This document shows positions 25,713-39,960 of a stretch of DNA of 64,000 nt, piece after piece. The notes under the pieces are model-generated. The model had not been told where the DNA came from, made no database searches, and saw nothing but the letters and a program-made list of their open reading frames with translations. Origin of the DNA: Octopus vulgaris (taxonomy: Eukaryota); NCBI GenBank assembly GCA_951406725.2, contig OX597831.1:17484001-17548000 (forward strand), given 5' to 3'. Position numbers and translations under genes: made by a program. The stretch's first letter is position 1; every line of letters begins with the position of its first letter.

Positions 25713-27136
25713 GATAGATAGATAGATTGACAGATATATATATATATATATATTTATATACATAGATAGACACATACATACATACATACATTTATGCATA
25801 CATAGATATAGTTATAGATATACACACATGCACACACACACACACACACAAAATATGGGAATGTGTAGGTGCCGTAGCGGATTACCAAGGCTCAAATCTC
25901 ATAGCTGAGAAAGGAGTTATGGAAAGATTGTAGATTACCGATATTACGGATGTTCACTTGCTAAAATCTAAGCCAAGTGAAGCATTACAATATGTTTGTA
26001 TTGGTTTAGCGTTTGTTGTGTGCTTGTGTGTGTGTTTGGGTCTGTGCGTGTATGTGTATAGAAAAGAATAACAAATATGTACAGATGTCAAATCCTTATA
26101 TCCCATTGATGCGACACATTTAATTTATTAATTAAGATATTACATGATTTGAAAGAAGTCGTTCTCGTCAGATGATTGCACAGACTTCAAGATACAAAAG
26201 GTAGAATCGCTGCTTTTACATATTCACATCAATATTTGAATTCAAATTACAATGTATATTCTCTGATTCTAAATTCCAACACCAAACGTTATATTACTTA
26301 TCACTTTGGTGTGTTTTTTTATTATACCCATCTCTAATATGATAATCAGAGTAAGTATTGGCAATTATCATCCATTCTTCTTCCACTTATAATCACTTCC
26401 CCTTCAGGCATTCCCTTATTGGCACCACACGCCTTACCTCTTTGCGTAGATAAATCTGGATATATGGTTCCAGTAGACTGAGTGTATAGTAGAATGCCTG
26501 AAGTGATTTATTATCATTAACTAGAATACGGTTGACAATTCCCTATGGATTTGATTCTAAACGGTTGAAGAGTATACTCTGCATATTGTCTTCGAAGTGT
26601 AAGTAAATAGGTTATTTCAATTTTTATCCTAGCCTCCACTATTTCCTCTGTTACTCTATAAGATATTGTAAACTTGACAACGTGTACATTACTTCCTAAA
26701 TTCTGCCAGAGACATGACAACAACAAAAGAAAAACAATGTAAATGTCTTGAGTTGCATTATTGACGTGAATATGTTAAAACATTGGTATCATATTTTTTG
26801 TTTGAAGTCTGTGCGGTCATTTGACGATATCAGTTCTTTCAAATGATGTAAGGTTTTCCTTAATCATGTGTAGGAGTCTCTTGGAACGGACCTAATGAAT
26901 TGACACTTGTACATCGTCGTTACTCATTTATATTTTATTCACCTACCTTAGAAATAGCCATTCGGATATACAATAGGAATTACCTTTATGCAAAGTGTAT
27001 GTATGAACTACCAAGAGCTGATGCTTTACTCAGAGAGACTTGCTATTCAATATTCAATTAATATTATTTTGGAATTAGGATTATACCAACTTAACAAGAC
27101 GTCTCAATTATATACTTAATTCAACGGAAGCTTAAT

Positions 27137-27197
<61 letters not shown>

Positions 27198-27479
27198 TAC
27201 ACCACTAAACGACGAAGAGGACTATTCATCACCGCTTTTGATACAATTCAGAGTCAAAAAACCCATAGTCACAATAAGCGACATCTTATTGACTGCAAAA
27301 TGAGGCAAGTTCCCTAAGCAGACGGCATAGCCAGATTATTAATGGTTTTGAAGTTACATTTTAGCTCGCCAGTGCTTCTATCTGATGCCTTGGGTTAAAT
27401 TAAACACAACTTTTCTTCTTCAGAGGCCAACGTAGATGTCATAAGCTGGTTTTATAATTAATGAAAGAGTACATTATTT

Positions 27480-27572
27480 ATATTATCTACATTCGACGGA
27501 TATTTGCCCTAATCTTGTTTGTTGTTATACACTCCAGCCTTCATCAGGTGACCTGGAGATATTTCGAACCTG
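27480..27572 (-). mobile_element. Internally deleted tail of the hammerhead-like SINE family
   Basis: gacggatatttgccctaatcttgtttgttgtt|atacactccagccttcatcaggtg. Confidence 0.7.
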
Positions 27573-27584
27573 CTAGATTTAACA

Positions 27585-27700
27585 ATGGCCGGTTACAGGT
27601 ACCCGCTGATCCTTGTAGGACGCCCCCCACACGTGTCATCTGTGTCTGGAATTGGGCCACATAAAGAAAAACTGTCACCGGACCAAGCAAATGTCCTGGA
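27585..27700 (+). mobile_element. Retroelement ORF1/gag-type CCHC zinc-knuckle fragment
   Basis: 27,634-27,675 encodes CHLCLELGHIKKNC (CX2CX4HX4C), preceded across a frameshift by YPLILVGRPP. Confidence 0.6.
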
Positions 27701-28943
27701 TCAGTTAATAGACGAAATCTCCTGCTCCCCCATTGGAGAGAGACGAGAAATTCGAGGGGGTGGCTTAACAAACCCGTATTTTCTGTGATCTCCCCCGTTT
27801 CTCTAACGAACTTGTTTCTTCATAAATATTGAGTATTCTTGAAACAACGCAGGGATCTCTTAATTTCAGTAGTGATAGCAGAATGTGCCAACCCATGATT
27901 TTTAATTTGACCACTCATCCCCTGATTCTTTTATCATCGTTATGCTGGCCTTCCAGTATTCTCACTTCACTGGTCTACCCTGTTCTCCCAACAAAGTATA
28001 CAACGTTCAGACTGTGGCGAGACACTACCTTTTGAAATTTACACTGCAGGTTCTATAATTGCGTACATGTATTTTTGAAATACACATCTTTCTATTATAA
28101 ATACACATCTTTCTATTATAAATTATTTATTAATTAATTACTACAAAATTTATAGTAAACAACGAACACGGCTGCAAGAATTTACGTGAAAATTACCAGA
28201 AATTCGAAGAAATTATGTACAAATGCAAATGTCTTTGGATTTTATTTCCGTTCTCCAATTTTCTCCATAACCGTATCGATGCACATCTATTTTGGTTCCA
28301 TATAGAATTTCAAATTACAATTAAATGCAATTTTATTAAAGACGGTGACGCAGCAGTAACATTGCTGGTAACAATCTTATATTTAAAACATTTAATTTAG
28401 TATATTAATCCAAGAAGTTATAAATTTCATACCTACCGGCAGTCCGGGTTCGAATGCATATGAGCTAGGTAAATCTCGGGACAACCAAATTGTATTAATC
28501 TTTCACAATAGCCTTTCAAGAGGGAAGTTGTTACAGCTAGGATTTGAAAAATACGTTTTTCAATCATACAGTTACGTAGATCTTTATTGTAAATTATCGA
28601 TTTAAATTGAATCGGTTTCAGACATTCTGTTCAATATACATTTATATACGTGTGTGGGTGTTTGTGGGTGTTTGTGGGTGCATGTCAGGATCACTGTGTG
28701 TGCGTATGTAAATGTTTGTGTGTGTGTGCATGTGTGAGTATGTGTTTGTATACATACATATATATATGTATATATATATATATATATATATAGAAAGGGA
28801 GTTACTATACATAAATGCCATACGCTACGTGGGACACTAAAAGTCAAGAATCCCTCATAGCGTGCGGTATTTATGTATAGTAATGCCCAATTCTTTTCTC
28901 TTATAAGAATTCTTATAAAGGCTTTATCATATTTAATAATATA

Positions 28944-29014
<71 letters not shown>

Positions 29015-29020
29015 CATATA

Positions 29021-29234
29021 TTAAAATAAATAATAGGATATCTTGTAGTACGGCAGTACGACCGTTTGGAATAACTCCGTGTAATTGAACAATGTAATCG
29101 TTGCATCAATTTAAATGCATTGCTACCTTGATTTACAGAAAATGTTGAATTATTTGACAAGCTGGACACATTAAATGGAGCCACTTGAAACGGCCGTACT
29201 GCATTACTACTTGATATCCTGTTGCTTATTTTGA
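29021..29234. mobile_element. MITE-like element with ~55-bp imperfect TIRs
   Basis: aggatatcttgtagtacggcagtacgaccgtttgga versus rc aggatatcaagtagtaatgcagtacggccgtttcaa. Confidence 0.7.
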
Positions 29235-29294
29235 ATTTTTTCACCTTCATTCTAGCTGTGCGGATAATACCGGACTGACTCGGTGCTTCAACTA

Positions 29295-29580
29295 CCCATG
29301 TGCTTCTGAAAACCTAATATATATATTAACTTGCTCATAATTACGAAAACACTATATCGGTCGAACTGAAAACTTTTGGCGCCAGTGGATTACGGCACAT
29401 AGACCCCAAATTAAAATACGAGATTACGGTTAATAGAGTTAACCGGGCACATCGATCTTTGCTCCATTAACAAGCCAAATTCAGCCTCTATAAATCGAGG
29501 TCAAAGCAAACTATAATCAGCACATAGTAAAGAAGAATATTTTATCCGAAAATATAATCCGCTCCTCATTTCTTCCAACA
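29295..29580 (+). mobile_element. Decayed Penelope-like GIY-YIG endonuclease
   Basis: CASENLIYILTCS*LRKHYIGRT ... KEEYFIRKYNPLL, homologous to the domain at 34,224-34,527. Confidence 0.7.
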
Positions 29581-30596
29581 TAGATGAAACTAATACAAGA
29601 ATTTAGAACAATTCCAACCTCTATTGCCATGACAACATCAGGTCACATTTAGATCATGTGACCTTTAATGAAAATTCAATGAAAAATATTTCACACCACT
29701 CGCTTTTTTTCTTTTCTTTATCCTTTATTCCCTTTTTCCTACTCGCCATCATTGTTTCATCTTCTTTTCCTTATCATACTTATTCTCCTTCTTTTTCTTC
29801 TCCTTTTTCTTCCTTTTACTTGTTCTTCATGTTGTTCTTCTTGTCGTCTTCTTTCCCTCGTCCACTTTCTTCTACTTCTTCTTCATCTTCCTCTCCATTC
29901 TCTCCTCTCTCGGCTGCTCCTGCTTAAACCATCAATTCCCTATACTCATAAAATTATTCCTACAGATTTACAAACACCTGCCGACCAAGCATTCACAACG
30001 AAAGAGAGAAAGAAAGCGAGATACAGAGAATGCATTTGGAGACTATGGAAATAGCTACATATTTGAAGACTATGCAAATATTTACGAAACATTTCACCAG
30101 ACAAGGATAACAACTTCATCTCATAATTTCCTCTGGATGTACCTGGGAAGAAAAATGATTCGGTGTTGACTACATCACAAGCTGCTGAGACATTTACACC
30201 TATGTATTTATAAGCGATCCCGCTATTCGCTACCTATACATGCAGTGGCCACCGCGGCTTTTCTTACAGCCGAAGCCTTTTAGCAAGTTTCATCGATGCA
30301 ATAACACACGCCTACAGTTGTCGCCCTACGATTCGACCTTATATAAATGCACAAACATCGTTTGCCCTAAATATGTATAGTGTCATTTCCAAAATTCTTG
30401 TTTCAAAATGACAGAATCTTTTAGAGGAGACAGTGATTTTATGTTGCTAGTAGCTATTGTTCTTCTCCAATACTTCCCACTGTATGTAATATCCAATTTC
30501 CAAAGCAAAATTTCAGGAGTCGCAGGAAGATATTATTTTTTTACTCCTGAGAAAGACGCTGAAATGACATTGCGCGGTGAGTGCAGGTTGTGATTG

Positions 30597-30643
<47 letters not shown>

Positions 30644-30938
30644 CAAAATAAACAACAAGAATAACTTAGATAATTTTGTAGGATCGTTTCGCGCTTCAGC
30701 ATTTTATTAAATATTGTAAGTATTACAACAGTTTTAAAATGTTAAGCAATCATAAGTCATTTATAAAGGTTTTCCATTAATACACAATTTCCGTACCAAC
30801 TTACCGAAGTTATTCTTGTTGCTTTTTTTTTATTATAATCACCCCATGGATTTATATGGATAACACCATACAAAATGCTGGTGCATCTAACTTAAGTACC
30901 TTATTCATTTGAATCTAAATTTTGCTGAACTATATATT

Positions 30939-31007
<69 letters not shown>

Positions 31008-31102
31008 TTCTGTGTCTGTGCATGTGTGTATATGTATGTGCATATACACACATGCAGGTACATATTTAGATACATACATATATACACATATATATATATA
31101 GG

Positions 31103-31141
<39 letters not shown>

Positions 31142-31168
31142 TTATACATATATTTATACACACATTCA

Positions 31169-31233
<65 letters not shown>

Positions 31234-32229
31234 TGAATTATTGGTTAATTGATAAGGGGATAATTGATATGTCTCTAGATTTGTATTTTTGCGGATGTAT
31301 ATTGAAAGTTATTTTCATACCAACAAATAAGGGAATAACTGTGAAACTTACCAATTAAGAGAACAAAAATAAACGCAGAAATTTTCATTGTTATTCTGTC
31401 TCTTCACAACCGGTTATTTTTGATAACGCTGTCATCATGTCTGTTTATTTTATATGAAATATAATGCAACATATGTCGCGCTCCGGTTATTTATTACTGT
31501 TTTCCTGAAGCTGAAATATTGTTTCTGCACGTCAGCAGTTTAGAATGTATAAATATAAAAAGAAACGCCTTTATTGAGATTCTTTTCTAAAATAAGAGTG
31601 TCATTAAATAATATGTTAATGCCCAACATTAAATAAATCCCCCCCAGTGCAATCGCAGACACGGAGACACACTCACACCGTATATTCTTTCTCCATTTCA
31701 TTCTATTAGATGATCTTTTTTCAATTTTATGAATTTGCACCAATTATGTAAACGGTACTGTTTCTTGAGTACATACATATATGTATTACAATCTGAAATT
31801 GTGTTGCAGTTGTATCATAATAAGCTTGCCTTTAATAATGTTTATATTGAGATAGTAATATCCACGAAATTGACAAATAAACAAGAATCTCAGCATTCAA
31901 CATATGAACACCATGTCAATGCAACCACTGCTACTCTACTTTTAGTATAATTTCAGGTCAAACTATGCAGATTATACTAAACTTATGTTCAAAATATTTA
32001 CTGGGTCTCCCGCAATCGATACTACCTACGTTTCTGGCTTTAATAACTGTGAATAAATAAAATAGGTTATAAAAACTATTTACCATGTGTGTTGCTTTTG
32101 CTTCCAACTGGATATAGACAGATTTACAAGTTAGAGGCTTATCTATAAACAAAAATACAATAATAAGCACCATAAAGTAGGCTAAAGTAACACAGCTATG
32201 GCAAAGAAGCTTAACATTAATGTAGCAAC

Positions 32230-33215
32230 ACTTGGAAAATTGTCAAGGAATTTCAAAGGAATGGTTCCAGGTTGCATCGACCCGAAGATAGGCAAAAGCA
32301 ATTGTGGCCAAAACTTAGTTTATCGAAAGTACCAGTATAAAGGTGCTGCGCGATCTTCGTGATTTCATAAACAAACTTACTGCCAAGACACAAATGACAT
32401 ATAAGACCCAGTCCTATAATATAAACTGACATCATAGCACGTTCAGGTTTATAAAGGCATTAAACTGCAGAGGAGCCGTCTAATCATGCAACAGACAGCT
32501 CAAAGCACGCTGCCCAAACTGGTGTCGACTGACGAAAATGATTGGACATAGAACAGATAGTAAACAACCCGAATGAAAGACCTTTGTGTGCATCCGGCTC
32601 CGGTGGGGTTACTTCATTAATCGACGTCAAAATCCATTGTGAGTTGTGTTTCGGGCTGCCTGCTGTGAGGGCCACAGAATGTTGTCCCTTTCATTTCTGT
32701 GTTCCCGAGCTTTGCAATAAACACCCAATGAAATATCTGCGATATTCCGGAAGCAGAAAAAATCTTCTATGGGTGCGTGAATAATTTCAAGATGCATCTT
32801 GGGTCCTCCAACACGACTCTGCACAACTCCACAGCACTATACGAACAAGACACTAGATTTAGAAAAAACTTCCCGACGTTCATTGTTAATAAGCCCCAAT
32901 CTCAACCTATTGGATTTTTTGTTGGGGGTGGGAAGGTGCATTTTCGAAGTAGGGGTCCCGAGCACTCCTCAGCTTCGTCCGACGCTCTGAATCTTCCCAT
33001 ACAACAACTACTTACGGTATGTGAGATATTCGCACCCTGACTTAACGCTGTGGTTAGGAACTAAATGTTGGAGAGATTAGAAAATAAATATGGTTGTGTC
33101 ATAATTGTGTTTCATTGGCGTAAGCATTGCAAGGCACGGACACGAAATATAACAACATTTCGTTAAACAAAAATTCAAATTAATTGTTCGAATTAAATTT
33201 TAGAACACCCGGCAT
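32230..33215 (+). mobile_element. Decayed Tc1/mariner (maT-like) element
   Basis: WVLQHDSAQLH and SPNLNLLDF motifs. The end sequence gaattaaattttagaacaccc resembles that at 24,450. Confidence 0.6.
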
Positions 33216-33405
33216 ATATGTTCTGTGGGAAAACGTTGGAGCTAGTATCGTGAGTAATGCAGTGACATATATATATATGTGCTGTTATGTCAGACATGAC
33301 CTGCATCGATTTGGGCCAAAAGCCTATATATCCAGTGATCAAAGTTTCACTGAAGAACACCTGTTTGAAATCTTGAATTTTCTTCAGGAACCGTGAGGAG
33401 AATCT

Positions 33406-33454
<49 letters not shown>

Positions 33455-33459
<5 letters not shown>

Positions 33460-35322
33460 AAAAATTTTTTTAAAAATGCAGAATGCTCAAATGAAATAAA
33501 ATTTTAATAAAATGAGAAAATGATAAAATATATAAATATATATATTTATTCAACCGGTTTTCGTCAATGTATGACTTGTCAAGAATATTTATGTTTTAAG
33601 AAGTTTTTTTGAAAATTAGAAAGGGGAAAAAAGAAAATTGCAATGTTTTTTGTAAAAGAATAATGATAAAAATGTACAAAAATTAAAAAATAAGTTCTCC
33701 GATACATTGTGAGTTCGTTGTGTATCTTGAGTTTTATGGTTGTTTACCAAAAAGTTACCTTGAGGTGTTAAGATCCAAAGGGATTAAGAGCATGTGATGT
33801 GTTGTGTTGTTGAATACAGCATGTTGCAGGACAGGAAGTAGTAGTAATTGTGGTCCTGGTTCTTCAGTTCCTGTGTTGTGAGTAAGGGGAGAAAACTCTT
33901 TTGAGTTCTTCAATAAAACCCAAATTATAAAACTATCATTTTAGCTTCATTTGCATTATCTTTTTTATATATAATTGCTTGTTAACTTAACTTTCAGATT
34001 TTAACACTTTATTTATATTATTTTCTAATAATATAAAACTGCATAGACAATTGCATTTCAAATTGTCATATCATCTATAATAAAAATGATAGTAGTAACA
34101 ACAACAATAGTGAAAATGATATTTAAAGAATATAAGTTTTAGCTTGAAGTGGTGAATGCATGGTATCTTTATATATTTGTGTTAGTCCATCCATGAAGAG
34201 TGAGGTAGAGAAAGGAAGTTTGATCAACGAGGAGTTTGCATATTAAGTTGTGTTTGGAATTTTTCAATAAAGAGATTCTCCTTGTTAATTCTCTCCTGTG
34301 TGGTGATCCCGTCTTTACATTGGTAGAAGGGGAATATATAGAATTTGGGGTTTAAGTCTTTGGCACATGAGTCTAAGTGGTCACTCAGTGGAATTTGTCG
34401 GTATTCCGGGAGATTTATTTGTTCTTTATGCACCGTTACTCGTTTACGTAACGGGAGACTCGTTTGTCCCACATAATTATGTTGGCAACCAGCGCATGTG
34501 AGAACGTAGATAAGGTTCTCGTAGATAAACTTAATATGCAAACTCCTCGTTGATCAAACTTCCTTTCTCTACCTCACTCTTCATGGATGGACTAACACAA
34601 ATATATAAAGATACCATGCATTCACCACTTCAAGCTAAAACTTATATTCTTTAAATATCATTTTCACTATTGTTGTTGTTACTACTATCATTTTTATTAT
34701 AGATGATATGACAATTTGAAATGCAATTGTCTATGCAGTTTTATATTATTAGAAAATAATATAAATAAAGTGTTAAAATCTGAAAGTTAAGTTAACAAGC
34801 AATTATATATAAAAAAGATAATGCAAATGAAGCTAAAATGATAGTTTTATAATTTGGGTTTTATTGAAGAACTCAAAAGAGTTTTCTCCCCTTACTCACA
34901 ACACAGGAACTGAAGAACCAGGACCACAATTACTACTACTTCCTGTCCTGCAACATGCTGTATTCAACAACACAACACATCACATGCTCTTAATCCCTTT
35001 GGATCTTAACACCTCAAGGTAACTTTTTGGTAAACAACCATAAAACTCAAGATACACAACGAACTCACAATGTATCGGAGAACTTATTTTTTAATTTTTG
35101 TACATTTTTATCATTATTCTTTTACAAAAAACATTGCAATTTTCTTTTTTCCCCTTTCTAATTTTCAAAAAAACTTCTTAAAACATAAATATTCTTGACA
35201 AGTCATACATTGACGAAAACCGGTTGAATAAATATATATATTTATATATTTTATCATTTTCTCATTTTATTAAAATTTTATTTCATTTGAGCATTCTGCA
35301 TTTTTAAAAAAATTTTTCCTTA
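33455..35322 (-). mobile_element. 5'-truncated Penelope-like element with inverted pLTR: 795-bp arms around a GIY-YIG domain
   Basis: Arms 33,455-34,249 and 34,528-35,322 look like exact reverse complements. The loop encodes NLIYVLTCAGCQHNYVGQT..LRKRVTVH..LSDH..ERINKENLFIEKFQTQLN (GIY-YIG with CCHH). Confidence 0.92.
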
Positions 35323-35369
35323 CTTATCATTTCTCCACGTGCGGTCAACACAACCCCACCATTTATTGA

Positions 35370-35412
<43 letters not shown>

Positions 35413-35897
35413 TTGAAGCATGAGGTACAATAAAACCACCTACCTCAAATACGTCAGCAGAGGGTTCCTGAAAAATAAAAACATTTTCAAATGTGAATGT
35501 AACACATTTATAGGCTTTGTATGTACACATATGCATGGTAATGAGCAGGCCATTAATTCTGTCATGCAAGGTATGTTATGAAGATATAATTAATATATTT
35601 TAGTGAGTTAATTATTCCAGTGAAAGCATTAGCTGTAATCATATCGAAGCTATCTCATCTCAGGTTTCGATCAATGGAGTTATAAAATGTATATAATTTC
35701 TGGTATAAAGTTTATGTTACATTTGTTCAAATAAAAGGCACTCGACACAGAGAAATGGAAGGTAACTTCCGAAACATCTCTTAAACTGGGCGTACAATTT
35801 GTGACACTCACTATGCATAATTTTAGGAAAAGAAGCGGTGGAACTTCTGGGAAAACTGCAGATTGAAGTTAACACGGAAGTTACTAATCTGCTATTG

Positions 35898-35934
<37 letters not shown>

Positions 35935-35949
35935 AACATACACACACAC

Positions 35950-35985
<36 letters not shown>

Positions 35986-36059
35986 CTGATATATATATGC
36001 ATAAATATAAATATATATATTTATATATATATATATATATATATATACAAATAAATATT

Positions 36060-36118
<59 letters not shown>

Positions 36119-36530
36119 ACATGGAAATGATGCAGGATTATACCTAACGACTCATTCTCTGGTTTCTATAATTTCGTAACATTGTATCCTCTTCCTTTCC
36201 ATCTCTTTATTCTTTTGCTCCCTTCCTCTATGCTGCCATCTTTTTAATATATACGATTCTCATTTTCCATATTTGTCTGTGATGACGGAACATACCATAC
36301 TCTAGTATATCCGAAAAACTGATGTAAGCTTTTGAATTTCTTCCTATAATAATATTCTATATGGCTTGAGTTGTTTGCCTTGCCTTAATTTTTGCTGCAT
36401 ATACAGATTGATAGATAGATAAACAAACCGACAGTCAGATACACAGACAGATAGATAGATATATAGATAGATAGATAGATAAGATAGATAGATAGATAGA
36501 TATATATATATATAGATAGATAGATAGATA

Positions 36531-37351
36531 TGTTTCTTTATTAGCCACACAGGGCTGCACACAGAGAGAACAAATTACAAGGTAGAGCTTTTCTTTTGAA
36601 GGTTTAAGAAAAAAAAAAAAAAGGAAGGGGGAGTTTCGATCAAAAGGGATCGTAAAAGGAGAGAAAGAGGACAAAAAAAAGGGGGGGTTAAAAAAAGGGG
36701 GGAGGAAAAAAATTGATCAATAGGGATCGTTATCACAGAAATGTCAATATGAAGTGTAAAGGGGAGGACAGGTGAGGTTTACCCGTGCAAAGAAAAGCCT
36801 ACGGAAAAGACCACGGTAACCTCGGTCAATGATGTCACATTTTATATTTCTTTTTTTTTTTTTTGCAAATAAGCAACTCTCTGTTTTCGATTTCTGGGTT
36901 CATATGGACTATGCTCAAGGTGGCTTCGTCATTCATACGTGCCATTCTTGTTACATTCACCCATCTTTTTTTTAAACATTCGCTAGACAAAACTTGCCTC
37001 TCTACTCTCACTTTCCTTTTCAAGTGGTACTTGAAGAAGTTGATGAGAGATTGACCAGAGAGGAAAGTGTTTGTCTCCAATCCTTTCAGACGCGTCCACC
37101 AGATACATTCTTTCGCCATAGCCACAAGGATGATGAAAATAGCTCTTCCTTCCCGTTTGAAGGAAGGAGGCGTGACAATATTGACGATAGACTCAGCTGA
37201 TAAACCGACTCGTCCCACACGTGACAGCAGTTGTTCGACATAAGCCCACAGGTCGGAAATTGTTGGACACTGAACGAGTGCGTGCAGAACGGTTTCGTCG
37301 CTCTGACCGCATCTCGGGCAGGTCGGCCCCGTGTTTCTCGAGCCGTGTCTG
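36531..37351 (-). mobile_element. L1/Tx1-clade LINE 3' end (zf-RVT plus 3' UTR) in (GATA)n
   Basis: CPRCGQSDETVLHALVQC..LW...KECIWWTR. Both ends abut gata repeats. Confidence 0.85.
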
Positions 37352-37355
37352 TAGA

Positions 37356-37390
<35 letters not shown>

Positions 37391-37399
37391 GTAGGTAGG

Positions 37400-37453
<54 letters not shown>

Positions 37454-37898
37454 TGTTTCTTTATTAGCCACACAGGGCTGCACACAGATAGAACAATTTA
37501 CAAGGTAGAGCTTTTCTTTTGGGTGTAAAAAAAAGGGAGTGGTGGTTTTCGATCCAAAGGGATCGTAAAAGGAAAGAAAGAGGACAAAAAAAAGGGAGGG
37601 GTTAATAAAAAAAAAGGTGGGGGGAGAGCAAAATAATTGATCAATAGGGATCGTTATCACAGAAATGTCAATATGAAGTGTAAAGGGGGAGAACAGGTGA
37701 GGTTTACCCATGGTAAGAAAAGCCTACGGAAAAGACCACGGTAACCTCGGTCAATGAAGTCACATGTTATATTTCTTTTTTTGTTTGCAAATAAGCAACT
37801 CTCTGTATTAATTTTTACGTTTCATAGAATCATAGTCAATGTGGCTTCGTCATTCATACGTGCCATCCTTGCTACATTCACCCATCTTTTTTTAAAAC

Positions 37899-37899
<1 letters not shown>
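37454..37899 (-). mobile_element. Second, shorter 3' copy of the same Tx1-like family in (GATA)n
   Basis: The same terminus tgtttctttattagccacacagggctgcac and KKRWVNVARMARMNDEATL, with diverged sequence. Confidence 0.85.
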
Positions 37900-37937
<38 letters not shown>

Positions 37938-37942
37938 CAGAC

Positions 37943-37999
<57 letters not shown>

Positions 38000-39009
38000 T
38001 GGATGTCTCTAAAAGGACTGTGATTATTGAGGTTAACGTCATTGCTGGAAATGTAAATCAAAACACTTGACCACATTAAGCACTACCTTATTGGCAGAAA
38101 AGGGAGCCAAATTCCCTAAGCACGGGGAATAACCAGAACACAAGTGATGTCACGTGTACATTAATGCCTGCCAGAGGACCTCACCGGGAACATGGGTTTA
38201 ATTCAAGTCTCCTTGTCAGCTTATGAGATAACCAAAAAAATCTTATGTTGATTTCCTTAAAAGACAATGTGAAAGTAATAAGAGATGCGTGTTATGAATT
38301 TTTTTAATATTTCAATAGATTTCAATAGATTTCAATAACAGTAGATAAATAGTTATTGTTTGAACAACATGTATATACGTGTACAGGTGTGTGTTCATAC
38401 ATAAGAATTTCAACTAATAAGAAAGGCAAAAATTAAGACTTCCCACCCCAGATATCAATATGTAATTGTTTATTTCTAAATACGGCAGGATCCTGTGTAG
38501 CTTCGTTTTACTGACATCGAAGATGTGTCCGGGGAACCAAGTCTTATGCGTCCGGCTTGATGATTCGCGAGAATCCTTAGCTTCAAAAAGCAACACACAG
38601 ATATTTATAGCATAGTGTGTGTATTTATGTATTTGATCAGTAAGATCATGTATTGTGGCTCAGTGAGAAAATATAGAAGAATGCCAGGAAGATGGAGATT
38701 GTCCAGTCTATAATTAGTTATTAGGTGAAATTGTTTGACATTTTCGGTGAGTTCATAATCTCAGAGAAATAGCATATGCAAACATATATGCGTAAAGAGT
38801 CAAGAGTCATGTGTATGTATGTATGTATGTATGTATGTATGTATGTATGTATGTATGTATGTATGTATGTATGCATGTATGTATGTATATGTGTATGTAT
38901 ATACAGACATGTAGGAAGTTAATAGACAACTTTATCTTCAAAATGTTTTATTCAATACGCAAAGTGATCAATTGAAATATAATCGATAAGTAGGAAACCA
39001 TAATAATGT

Positions 39010-39960
39010 ATTTAGTTGACATTCCGTCTGCAGTTTCCAATTCAGAAACTCTTTTTGGCATTGAACTGATGAGCTTTGTGATATCCTCTTGTCCATTCAA
39101 TAATCGACACAATTCATCTTTAGATTTCGGTTTCTGTATGCTCTAAAGACTTTTAATCTGGCTCATGTCAGGAGATTGGCTCGGTCAAGGAAGCGTTCTG
39201 ATCCCATTTCCTGTAAGCCATTAATGAGTGCTTTTCGCTGTGCGGCATGGATCCCCATCTTCCATGAACAAAACTCGTTATGTTATCGTGTAAATACATC
39301 TGAAGCAGTCTTGCTTAAGTATTTCGATGTATTTTTCAGAATTTATGGTTCCAAAACATTCGACCATCTCAGAACGACCATTGCTTGTGACAGTTCCCCA
39401 TACACTTACAGAGATACCGCTATGTTTAACAGTTACTTAGAGTCTTTACACATCAAATTCTTAATTGGGAAGACTTCGGACCCAAACACGTCCACTGTCT
39501 GAAAATAATGCAAATCTGGATTCATCTGAGAACATCACTCTCTCCCAAATTGATCTGGATTTTTTTGACATCTACTTATTTAATTTCTGTCTTTTCATGA
39601 TATTAATTGGTTGAAGGAGCGGCTTCCTTCTCGCTGCTCGTCCATAATACACAAGCTTATGCACATATGTAACACAAGCTCTTGGACTAACTTCTAACTG
39701 TTTTGCAATGTCAAATGCCTTCAAACAGGGTTCGTTTCTACAATTCTCTTAAAACAGCGTATCTTCGTTATCGAGTGCCCAGGTCAGCCGGGACGAGAAT
39801 CTATTGATTCTTGGCCTTTGAATTGCATTATGATTCTATTAACAGTATCAAGAGGAATTTGAAGATTGTCGGCAATTTCTCGCTGGGTAAAACCAGATAA
39901 AGTTTGCCCAACAATTCGACGTCTTTAAAAATCTGTGAGTTCTGCACAATATTGGGTGCG
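39010..39960 (-). mobile_element. Decayed Tc1 transposase
   Basis: The reverse complement reads WERVMFSDESRFALFSDSGRVWVR...TVKHSGISVSVWG. Confidence 0.8.

Noticed and set aside
29658-30054. Hydrophobic, membrane-protein-like ORFs
   Set aside because: Low-complexity CTT/TCT tract.
34224-34541. Stand-alone homing endonuclease or prokaryotic defence nuclease
   Set aside because: The CCHH-type GIY-YIG domain and inverted pLTR identify a truncated Penelope-like element, and the ATG comes from the inverted arm.
38692-38746. ATG GAG ATT GTC ... TTC G|gtgagt as an alternative first exon for copy B
   Set aside because: It has an in-frame TAG, a poorly hydrophobic peptide and only marginal similarity to the A candidate.
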